64,000 bases of DNA from Ruditapes philippinarum. Taxonomy: Eukaryota. The translations under genes and the position numbers were made by a program. The stretch is taken from positions 248,001 to 312,000 of the forward strand of contig NW_026858824.1 of the NCBI RefSeq assembly GCF_026571515.1, given 5' to 3'. The notes below the pieces were generated by a model. That model ran no database searches. It was given only the letters and a program-made list of their open reading frames with translations, and was not told where the DNA came from. Position 1 is the first letter of the stretch; each line of letters begins with the position of its first letter. Below, in pieces: positions 36,388 to 48,600 of the stretch.

Positions 36388-37793
36388 GGGCTTCTTTACT
36401 GTAATAATGCTTAAATGTTTGAAGATGCCATCCTAGACAGTGATTGTTTGCATTCATTTAATCACTGCAAAATTTCAGTCTTTTTTCACAAGTATGTTTA
36501 AATGAGTGTTTTCTGCTGTAACTGAAGTATTCCAAGCTATCAAAAAGGATGACTAGATTGAAAATACTGGTAAATTTGACAATATAAATTGACAAAATAA
36601 GGAAAAGACTATCGCTAAGTAAAATAATTAAATAATAAGAATGCCATTTTACTATCACTAAACATTAAATTAAAATATTTGAACTCAATACCTGTTTTAA
36701 AAGGGAAAATCATACAAAGTGCAGAATTAGGTATGCTAGATTAAGTATTCTTTTCCAAAAATCAAAAGCTTCCTTTTTGCAGTAAATACATAGATATATA
36801 CACTTTAAGAAAATTAAAATTCTAAAACAGAATTCTTGTGTCATCCGGATTATATGTGGATATCATGTTTTGTGTCATAAAAATTATGCTCCTTCTGCAG
36901 GCAAAATGTTACAATATAAAAAGAAAGTTCTCCCCATTTTAGTAATTTTAAACAATCTAGAAAATAAGATAGTTTAAGTATGGTCCACATAAACCACAGT
37001 ATAACAGCAAAGTACAAACTTAATATTGGAACAAGAGTAACAAAAACACATTGTCAAGATACGCAGTACATACTGTAAAACGTAACAATGTAACATAATG
37101 AGAATGCAACAAGATCAGATCTTACCATAATTATGTCGTCAATTTTACTTAATTATGTCATCAAATTTTAAAAAGTTGCAATGTCAACACATTTGGTGTA
37201 AAAGTCAATACCCTATTTAATTGAACTACTCTCATATAGTTACGATTAATATCAATAATATAATGTTTCATCAACTTCGTTAATGCATTTGAACATTTTA
37301 AAAACTGTTTTATCAAACCTGTGTTTATAGCGGAATATCAGTTCTATCAAATTGCACATTTTAAAACGATAATTCACCATTCAATTTTTTTAACATTTTA
37401 GTCTGCCAATAAAATTGAGTAAGGTCAGTGACTATAATTTTTATTATATATATCATACTTGTTATTCCCATAAAAAATTATGGATCTGACTAAATAAGAA
37501 GACATCCATGTAGTTACAAGGATTCATTGTAATCAATGTGATGTATAAAATGACTTTGTGTTTTCATTCAGAACCTAAGGACATAATGGCCTGAGAATTC
37601 TGTAGCTAAAAACAAAGCCATTAATAATTCTGCTTAATATGTGACATACAATATGATTTATATATAACTGTCAAACACTTTGTATAAATAATTCATATAA
37701 GTGACAAATATACAATTAATAGCATCAACAAAATTCAACAGATATTGTGTCTGACAAAATTATCTTGATTAATTAATGCATACAACATGTAAT

Positions 37794-37888
37794 AGAAAGA
37801 GCACCGAAACACGAGGCTATCTGATTTGTACGAGGGGGCATAACCCCCGAGTATTAATCAGATTGCCGAGTGTTTTGGTGTTCTTTCT
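37794..37888 (+). repeat. Long hairpin with two tandem GA/GA mismatches (probable element terminus)
   Basis: CAC-GA-GGC..GCC-GA-GTG and TAC-GA-GGGG..CCCC-GA-GTA. Confidence 0.7.
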
Positions 37889-38671
37889 CTTTTGTATCAT
37901 AGTCAAACAAAAGCACGTTCCCTGTTGTCACAATATGAAACCCCGGCAAAAATGAACCAATGAACGAACATCTGAATATGACATTTCTGCCGCTTTCCCT
38001 TTCTCTGCCGTCACAATATGTAAACCCCAGCAAAATGAGCCAATCAATGGGCATGCTCTGGAGTGCGGGTAACTAATAACCGCACTCCAGTTAACGCACT
38101 GTGCATATATATGTATACGATTTAACCCAGACACATTTTCAACAGAAAGGTCTCAAAACTATGATACAAGTACATTTATATACTGGTCAGATAAGGTGAT
38201 ATAAGATGTATTAAATCTACTCTATGTGCACAAAGCACATTTGTCTATATTACATTGTAGCTACAAGACACTGTTAAACGGAGTATATTGTGCTTTAATT
38301 TAAAACATTTGAACACGCTAAGATAAAAATACAAAAATCAAGATTTGGTATGTAAAATCAATAAAGAAGTATCATAATATTTGAGTTAAAGGGCAGTTTT
38401 AGTAAAACCAATGAAATAAAATATCATCTTAGGAACAGACCTGCACTGGATCTTACATTGAAACACTAAAATTAGCTGCTCTGTAAGAAACCATTCTAAA
38501 ATGTTATAACAGATAATGTTTTCTACTTAAATTTAATACTAATATTATGACATACAGGATGAAAACATTATGAAAGTTATTGTCAAAAAAGTAACAATAA
38601 TTTTTACTCAATATCAGTTATAGTACTACAAAGCAAACTACTTAACATGTTTGTACTATATTATTCTTCAA

Positions 38672-39422
38672 AGTGACATTATGCCTATAAAAGTGTAGAT
38701 GGTCAGTGAACATGTAAAATCAAGATTCTAACACGACCCGAATTTTTCCCTATTGAACATAGAAGAACCGAAAGTGTGTGTTATTATGCAATAAAATCAC
38801 TGTTTGACGTTCTATATTTAGACATGTGACGTAATCATTATACACGTGACGTAACCACTTAAAATGTGACGCGCTGACAATAAGTACGGAAACAAATCAG
38901 ACGCAATTTAGCTAATTATCATGTACGGCAGCATTTATTTGTTGATGTCGTGTTAGAATCGAAATAATATATCCAAATCGATGATTTTATTGCTTGATAA
39001 CATCACTGTTTGTCGTTCGGATGCGCATCATTATATCACTCGGGCTACGCCCTCGTGATATAATTCCCCGCATCCGAACTCCAAACAGTGATGTTATTGA
39101 GCAATAAAATCACAGTTTAGGATATATTATTTCTTAAATAACTTGACATTTTGCCATAACTGTGTTTAATTTTATATTTTATTATGAAAAAATAATCAAT
39201 TATCCACTTGACCAAAATTTCTATAAATATCAGTGTATCGGTAAAGCTAAGTTCTTTAAAAAGTGGGGCAGTCTTTTTACAATTCTGGTACTTTTATATT
39301 GTATCATAAATATTTTCTTGATCATTTATTGGTCAATCACCATTATAATATATAGTTTATTGAAATATATTGCTAATTCAACCCAATTTGACAATGAAAA
39401 AAAAAATTAGCATAATGTCACT
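38672..39422. mobile_element. Kolobok-like MITE (related 3' end at ~63830-64000)
   Basis: TIR AGTGACATTATGC / GCATAATGTCACT flanked by TCAA and TTAA. Confidence 0.55.
38724..39133 (-). mobile_element. Non-autonomous one-sided-hairpin element (tentatively Crypton-like), nested in the Kolobok-like MITE
   Basis: GATTCTAACACGAC / GTCGTGTTAGAATC inverted pair, hairpin 38961-39133, same layout as 22391-23206 in opposite orientation. Confidence 0.6.
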
Positions 39423-40445
39423 TTAACATCATCTAATACTATTAAGGCATAAAATTAACCTTCAGTAAAAGGGGGGCTTTGTAAAACAATATTTTATCTC
39501 CAGAAAACAGAAAAAATAAAGTTGTTTATTGAGTATCTATAGCAATTTTGTGTAATTACTACATGTGGTTACAAATATATACTTATCTACATACAAAACA
39601 TCTTGTCAATTATCAGGAAACTCGTTCTTCAGTTTAAATATCAGACATATACAGGATCACTTGAACAGGACAGGTATTTTCAGACAAACCATTCTTAATG
39701 TATACACGGAATGTGCTGGTCTCATAATCAGTATCATCAAAAGTACAAGTGACAAAGCAAGCACATTATTATAACATCTTTATACTACAGTGTATATCTA
39801 TATAACAGCATAACATAAAACTAAACATTTTCATAACCTATAGTGCTTCATGAATTAAGTAAAAAAATGCCATCTTTTAAAATAACAAATATAAACTATC
39901 ACTATAAACTATGTCTATAAACTATACTAAAATATTACTATGGTAAGGCAGATATTGTCACACTTTTTTATATTCTATCACAATGTTTAAGACACTTTGC
40001 TGTACATTTTACATAAACTTTATTAATAAACTGTGTAATAAAACAAATGCACGACTTAAAAACAACTGACACTGAAACAAGTAAATAATATCAACACAAC
40101 ATTGACAATAACACAAACATTATAACTATGTATTCATATTTCTACTGAAACATTTATATAGGCCAGATTTATTAACTTTTATTAACCGTAAAGTATTTAA
40201 GGCAATGGGTGAAAGAAAATCTTAAATGTTTTAGATCATGTTGCTTAATTTTAAGAACTTTTTAACTCCGAAATCGACAGAATATTCTAATAAATGTTAA
40301 TAGTGAATATTGCACACTTATGTAATAATAATTCTGTAACACTTGTTATTTCTGTAACACTAAATGTAAAAGAACTTGAACAAAACCAAGAGAGTATGTA
40401 TCTTTTTTTTCTTATGATAAGCATATGAATACAACACAACTAAAT

Positions 40446-40611
40446 GAGCCAGTCTGATCAGGATCCATGCTGTTCCCTATCAGTCTCTCTACTTGTTATA
40501 GGGTTTGTAAACAAACAGCATAGATCCTTATCAGGCCAAGCGGATGGGCAGGCTGGTCTGGAGCCATGCTGGTCACAAACACATTATGTTGGTTTTGTCA
40601 TGGCACAGCTC
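40446..40611. mobile_element. Sola-like palindromic MITE, internally deleted copy
   Basis: GAGCC..GCTC termini, TSD AAAT. Confidence 0.8.
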
Positions 40612-41467
40612 AAATATTCTTGACAGAGTAACTACAGCAATACAATTATTGTATGTAAAAATTGATCTAGATGTTTGTATGTTTACAGTTGAAAATGACC
40701 ATATTTTTATCATCAGAAAACGTACAGATATGTAATGAATATTTTATAATGTAATGGTAGCTTTCAGAGGTATTTTGATACAAACAGTGTGGTAAAATTG
40801 ATATCCCGCAACACTATAGGTTGAAGGAGATATCAATTTTCCCACCCTGCAAGTAGCAAAATATAAGCTTCAAAAAGCCACTACAAGACAATTTTCTATC
40901 TATTGCACACCTTTACCGACAAAAGGATATTCAATTTACTGAACTTTTATTAGTTATTTAAGAAACAGAATTATAGCTGTCATGAAATAAAATTCTTGAA
41001 TGACGGATGAATAAATCAGCATTGTAGAAGAGGTCATGCCCAAAGTTGCATCAATTTCTGTTTCCAAATACCAAGTAACACACAAGCAAAATTGGATCCA
41101 GATAAATAGTCTGGCACTTCCAGATATGGTATTTGTCACTAACATCTTACACTTATTTCTGTGTGTTGGAATCAATTTAATGTTTGCATTTATTTTACGG
41201 AGAAAAATTGACAGGCATATAATATACATTTATCTATATTAAATCCCATTACCATATGAAACTTCAAGCCCTATTAGCGATAAACTCTACGGATGCCTAC
41301 ATACATCAAGTAAATAAAATTTGGGTAAAAATCTAAATAAAACATTACAATTCTGCCTTTTTAGTATGAGCAAATATCAAATACAACTGTTAAAGCTATA
41401 TTATGTTAATATTAACATAATATATGGTTCTTTTAGAAATCTAAAATAAGTATGATTATTTTGCACA

Positions 41468-41606
41468 CAACATAGGGTGAAAAAAATATGCAGCCTGGCT
41501 TGAACATGGGCTGTCAGAATATGAATCTAACCAAGATCAAACAACTAGCTAGTCCCCAGCTTACACATTGTTTCCTCTATTAGTAAACCATTTTATACTG
41601 TGTCAC
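41468..41606 (-). mobile_element. Highly degenerate solo LTR of the tRNA-containing TRIM
   Basis: Reverse complement contains ATGTGTAAGC and GGCTGCATATTTTTTTCACCCT at family spacing. Confidence 0.5.
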
Positions 41607-42430
41607 AAAATCACTTCATTGAGAATAAACTGACCAGATCAAGCCAGACTTGGCACTGACCAAATATTTTGGAATAAATAATACTTAAACCAGTTTATCA
41701 TTAGAATGTTGCAAAAGTCATTTTTTACTTAATATTATATTATTCAAATCACTAGATCTATATGTAAGGACATCCTTTATTGTTTAATTTGAATAAATAA
41801 TACATTCTTTCCATATATAAAAATATCAACAATAGTTAGTATCTAAAATATAATAAGTCAGTTCTACATGTATTGAACCTTGTTAAAAAGTTAATAATTT
41901 TTCAATCCTAAAAGTTCATGTTCCTACAAAAGTAAACATTAATATCAAGATATGGAGTTGAGTTTGAGGTATATTAATAATTTAGGTATGTTTAATTTAT
42001 TTACCCTGACATATCTTTAAAGCCTTACTCTGACATTTCTTTAAAGCCTTACTCTTCTTAGCTAAATTTCCTACCCTTTGATGACTTACAACCCGATTTG
42101 TTCACATAAGTCAGAAAAAAAGTCATTAAAACTTGAAAATTCTTACTTTTGTTGAATTATGAATATATATTACCAGTACCTTAACAGAGGTACTTTTATT
42201 GTCAACCAACAGAATAAAATCTTCTTTGTATGTGAAAAATATAAGGACTAACATGGCCTAAACTCAATGTTCACCAAATCTCAGTGACCCTATTATAACA
42301 AATGATAACTTGTCTTCATGACCTAAGTTTTTTCATCATTTCCAAGTTAACATAGTAACTGTTGAGGAAGGAATCATCCTACACCAATATATCTAACATA
42401 GAACAACTACAACCTTCATTAAACAAATAT

Positions 42431-42665
42431 GAGCCGCGTCACGACAAAACCAACATAATAGGTTTGCGACCAGCAAGGATCCAGACCAGCCTGCACATCC
42501 GCGCAGTCTGATCAGGATCCATGCTGTTCGCTATCAGTTTCTCTACTTATAATAGGGTTGGCTAGCGAACAGCATGGATCCTGATCAGACTGCGCGGATG
42601 CGCAGGCTGATCTAGATCCATGCTGGTCGCAAACGCATTATGTTGGTTTTGTCGTGACACGGCTC
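42431..42665. mobile_element. Sola-like palindromic MITE (235 bp)
   Basis: ~100-bp TIRs, GAG..CTC termini, 4-bp TSD ATAT. Confidence 0.9.
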
Positions 42666-42696
42666 ATATGTTAAATCACATTAAATATTGTATAGT

Positions 42697-45600
42697 TTAG
42701 TCATGTTTACTTCTTCCATTGCGTATAGGGTATCTGTTGCCATTTTTCACGGTTTCAGGTTGAATGTCAGCTGCTATGAGGGTTTTGTCACAGAACTCGA
42801 GGTAGCCAGTCACATGATATCCCATGTTTGCATATGCTATCATATACTCAAACACTGAGAATATACTGAAAGCTGTAAAAAGGAAAAGTGTATTCAAGTA
42901 TTACTATTGAATAATTGAAATTTATAAATGACCCGCGTCACGACAAAACCAACATAATGGGTTTGCGACCAGCAAGGATCAGAACCAGCCTGCGCATCCG
43001 CACAGTATGATCAGGATCCATGCTGTTCGCTTACAAACCCTATAACAAGTAGAGAAACTGATAGCGAACAGCATGGATCCTGATCAGACTGCGCAGATGC
43101 GCAGGCTGGTCTGGATCCATGCTGGTCGAAAACCCATTATGTTGGTTTTGTTGTGACATGGCTCAAATATGTATACAAGCCCTATATTATACGGTCTTTA
43201 CAACATTCATGACATCAGTTATACAAGTTGCTGACTGTAAATACTGGAAAATATAGCCAGATAAGATAAATATGACCTGATGAGGTAATCAAGTGTTATA
43301 TTTATGAATTTATAATAGTGCAGATTGTTATTGATGACAAGTTCATATAAAAACACCAGCAACTTTAGACAGTTTTCATCAAAGGGCAGGGGAAAAGGTG
43401 CACATAAAGAATATGACGTCAGATATTCAACTGCTACATATCCATCCATAAAAAAAAAAATGTTAAGTCATATATTTAATCACAATCAAACATCAACAAG
43501 AATGGAATCTGTATAAGGAAGTGTCTTACTTTTTTCTAACAGATTTATTCATGGTTAAGGTAACAACATTCTCCTATTTCACCTTTCTTTCAGACTTTGA
43601 AAACAAATTTTCCTTTTTTACAATCAAATAAGAAATACATTAGTTTGTTAAGAAGTAAAAGTAGTTTATAAAACATATCAAAAGAACTTCAAGCATATTA
43701 TCTATTCATGTATGGTAATTTAAGTGTGTGTTTTTTGAGTACAAGATAAAGATGAGATGTATATATGAGCAGCGTCACGACAAAACCAACATAATGGGTT
43801 TGCGACCAGCATGGATCCAGACCAGCCTGCGCATCCGCGCAGTCTGATCAGGATCCATGCTGTTCGCTTACAAACCCTATAACAAGTAGAGAAACTGATA
43901 GCGAACAGCAAGGATACTGATCAGACTGCGCGGATGCGCAGGCTGGTCTGGATCCATGCTGGTCGCAAACTCATTATGTTGGTTTTGTCCTGACGCGGCT
44001 CATATAATAACTTACCGCCTGGTATACAGTACACTCTATGCTGAACAAAATAATAGAGAAGGCCAACAGTTGACAGGCTTATCCATGCTAACATTACTTT
44101 CTTCCAGAAAAATGATTTCTTTTCCTACAACAATACAATTTTCACAGCTGTTTCAAATTCATAAATAAATTAAAAAAACATTAAATACAATCTGGAGAAT
44201 TTTTGATATGTTTAATATGGCAGAATAATCATTTATGCCAAGATTATGGTAAAGTATATGTCAAATATTATGAGAGTTTTTGGCCTTGATGTAATACTAA
44301 AATGGACAGTGTAAAAAGTCAATCTGTTCATTCTCTGCCACTATCCATAGAATTCACTCATGTGACCAATGCAAACCAAGAGTTTTTTTATTCAAGTTTA
44401 ACAAAATATCAATTAAATTTCAATTAAGTGCAAAAATGAAATTAACTGAATTTATGACATTTAAAAGGTTATGGGAATAAATCACTATGAATATAGGATT
44501 ATCCTCATTAATTAATTAATTGATTATTATATTGTTTATTAAGATAACTCACTCTATCTGTCATAGGTTTATGCCTGGACCATCTGTACAATGTTGTTCC
44601 AAATACCATATGTGCAATAGATGTTATCATAAACACAACAAATATTTTTTCATGAAGAGCTGAAAAATAAATGTCATAACCATCATGTAATATAAATGAT
44701 CATTCTGTGAAATTCACCTTTTTCAAATATTGTACCCACTATTATCTGTAATTTTCTGGTATTTTCTGTAATCATCTTTTAAAATAAATAATCTGAACAT
44801 ACAAATTACTATGAAATAGATCAGTTGATGGAGTTAAAATATTATCATAAGGAAATCATGGTTTATAAAGAGCTGTTGGTAGGACTCAAAACTGATTGAT
44901 AGCAAAACAAAGAGTCTGAATAATGTAGAATTAAGTTCACAAAGGACCGTAATTCTGTTAGAGTTAAGGGCCTTGGTCAGTGACCTATTCTGCTCTCAAA
45001 TAAGTTTTTTTGTTGTTGGGTAACAAAAAATTTTTTTGTTGGGTTATGTCGCACAAAAACACAGTATATGTCATATAGCGACTTTCCAGCTATACTGGTG
45101 GAGGAAGACCTCGGGTGCCATCCATGCATTATTTCAGGCACGATGGGGCACTTTAGTAGAACCACTGTTGTTCTATAAGCTGGCTGGATAGTTTCCTCAC
45201 ATAAAAGAATCCAAAGTCCCTGATGGGGCAAGTGGTTTGTAGTCAACAACCTCAACCACTTTGCCATGGACTCTCAAATAAATGTGTGAAGTTTCAACCC
45301 ATTCCCTCCTGTAGAATTTTTTGGCGATATCCTAATTTACTGAACCAAAGTGTGTTGGCAAGCCCAACGCCTGAATAAGTACAATATCTCTCCCTTTTCT
45401 TTGATTAGTCAAGTCAAAACAATGAGCCAAAAGTTGATTTAGTAAGAAATCTAAGATATTAAGAAAAGAAGATTTTTCTTTGATAGATAATGATAACCAA
45501 AGATATGTGTCTCAGCACTTCTACAAATAAACTAAATGACGTTTGACTTTAAAGATATAAAAATCATGTGTATACTCACGATAGTTTTCTTTATTTGATA

Positions 45601-48600
45601 TACAGCTGACAGCCAACAAACATGAGCATTCTATAGTGTAAAGCCAAAAGCATAGTCTCATTAAAAACTTATATAATCCTTGAAGATTCTTTTTTATAAA
45701 TGGTAGGCTTTTCTTGTAGTAATTATAATACATGATTCCAACAAAAAATCTTGGTGTTGAATGTAGTCCTATACATATTCTCCACACATAAGCTTGAGGT
45801 TTAACTCCAGTCACAGCACTCACTGATGGTATATTGTTTGTGACCTACAGAAATGAAACAGATTAACAAAATTATTTTTTTAAAAATATTCTTATTGAAG
45901 AAATGAACAGAATGCATGTTTTATAAGGATAAATACATTTTCCATTAATTTGATATTCTTTGGATAGATTTATGTAAGTATGTTAATCAGTCTGTCCTCT
46001 TGTATGTTTTTTTCTGCTTTTTCAAGCACTGTTTTAAATAGAGATTACACTACACATGTATTTACGTTCAGGCCTTTTCCCAGTGTCATCATACTTTTCA
46101 GAAATTATGATTTTAAAAGGAAAAGCCAATGGTAACACTGAAGTTTGTAAACAAATTTTAACAGGCAAATGAAGACTGTAATCAGCTTGTGTATAGGCTA
46201 CGTCCCAGTGTTAGACCTTCAAAAAATCAATAGTTCTTGTAAACGGCAATTGGAAGATCTTCCCATCTAATCAACTTTTGCAGTTTTGACTTCGCCGTAC
46301 ATTAGGTCTGTCATTTATACAAGGGTTATCATTTAATAAAATCATGAAAACATCCGTTATATGATGCGTAATATACCCTTACATTCGGACTGCTACTTAA
46401 AGCCATGTTTGTTGATTTGATGTTGATGCTCAGCAACCTAAAGGCTGAGTTTCACATGTAAATAGGAAATGTACCCATGATTTCGCTTATTTTGGTCGTC
46501 TGGACACCAAAATAAAAACATGAGTCAACATGAAACCCATTTTATTAAGGAAATGAAACTATTTCATTTATAAAATGCAGCTTTAAATATGTAGTGAACT
46601 CAGTGTCTATTTTAGTATTTGAAAAACAGGGGGGATTTTTATCGAAAAATGAGAATTTGTTACATTTGTTGATCTTTTCCCTTCTTTCTCTATGTAAAAT
46701 TTCCCCCTGCCTCTGAAAATATATGGGGGGGGGGCATTCTCAAAATATGACTGAATCTCTCCCATCCCGCCTCCTAGAATACACTCTGGTGAACTCTTTT
46801 ATGATCTCAAAGATTTGCAAGCAATTACAAGCAAATGCCTTCAAATGTTAACAAGATATATGTTGTTAACTTGTACTAACAGACCTTGTACATAAATCTT
46901 ACTTTATAGTGATTAGTCAATTTGGTAGAAAAATTAAAGGCAACAAGGAAGAAACATGTTTAAAGTAGTGTTACAGTTCAGAACTGATACTATAAAGGTT
47001 GGAAGATGTGTAAGCTGCAAATGCTTAAGTTGGTATAGTCGCAGAACAGTAATCAGAAGGTCCCGGGTTTGAGTCCCGGTCAGGCTGCATATTTTTCTCA
47101 CCCAGTGACATTTGGCGCCCAACAGGGAACCATGACTGCATATAGATTAGCATAATGTTTCATTCATATTGCTGGGCCCTCAATATACCAAATCTGTGGC
47201 TGAATACTGTCACAGGAATATTGTATGTTAGCTGCACCATTTTCTGTTTCATATGGTTTGATATTTGTATAGATGCAACAGGAAGACTAGTCTTCAAAAT
47301 GTTTCACAATAGTTGTTTTAAAAACAAACAAGAGCTGTCGGTAGGACAGCACGCTCGACTATTCTAAGTGCTTGATAGTAAAAGAGCCTTGATAATGTAT
47401 GATTTTTTAAGTTCACAAAAGGGCTAATTTTTTTTATAAATTCATGTTATAGGCCTTAGAGAGAGTCTAATTATATCCTTCCGAATAGTCAAGGCAATAC
47501 TGTATAAATACAGTATTGCCTTGACTATTCGGAAGGAAATGTCACAAGGGTATTTTATTGAGTATAATAATACTAATTACCTATGAATACATAAATTTGA
47601 CAGAAAAGGTACAAAGGCTTGTTATTAAGATGTTTTATCAAGTAAATCACTGCTTTGTTATCATGAATGCATAAAATTGTCCCAAAAAAACCCCTTAAGT
47701 AGTTATTGAGATAACAGCTTACAAGCAAAACTTTACCATGAATTTCTAAGTTGAAAAAAGGGGAGAAAAATCAGCCTAAATGCAAGATAGAATTATGGAT
47801 CTTTGTCAGTGACCTACAATTATGACCCTAAATGCATATGAGAAGTTTTAAATAAATATCTTTAATAGTTATTGAGATATGTAAAACTTGCATGTAAACA
47901 TTAACCAAGAGACTAAGTAGAAAGGGGATATGAATCAGCCTTAATGCAAGATGGAGTTATGGAACTTGGTCAGTGACATACAATTATGACCCTCCAATTA
48001 TGACCCTAAGTGCATGTGTAAAGTTTCAAGTAAATATCTTTGAAGACCTTTAACCTTTAACCAAAATTTCTAAGTTTCAAAGGGGCAAATAATTCTGCAA
48101 ATATTGCAGGCAGAGTTATGCAATTTTGCAAACTGATGTACATTGTTACTATAAAAAAGTATTTTAAATTTCAATTGAATATCTCGAGCAATAATTGAGA
48201 TATTTGACTTTACAAAAAAACTTTAACCAAAAAATTTCTAAGTTCCAAAGGGGCATAATTCTGTCAATATTGTAGGCAGAGTTATCCAACTTGTCAATCT
48301 GATGTACCTTGTTACTATAAATAAGTAATGTAAGTTTCAATTTAATATCTCAAGCAATAATTGAGATATTTGACTTTACAAAAAACTTTAACCAAAATTT
48401 CTATGTTAAAAAGGGGCATAATTCTGTCAATATTGTAGGCTGAGTTATCCAACTTGTCAATCGGATGTACCTTGTTACTATAAATAAGTATTGTAAGTTT
48501 CAATTGAATATCTCAAGCAATAATTGAGATATTTGACTTTACAAAAAACTTTAACCAAAATTTCTAAGTTAAAAAGGGGCATAATTCAGTCAATATTGTA

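Noticed and set aside
40758-40880. Degenerate hairpin as a fifth GA/GA element
   Set aside because: Apex too decayed to confirm the motif.
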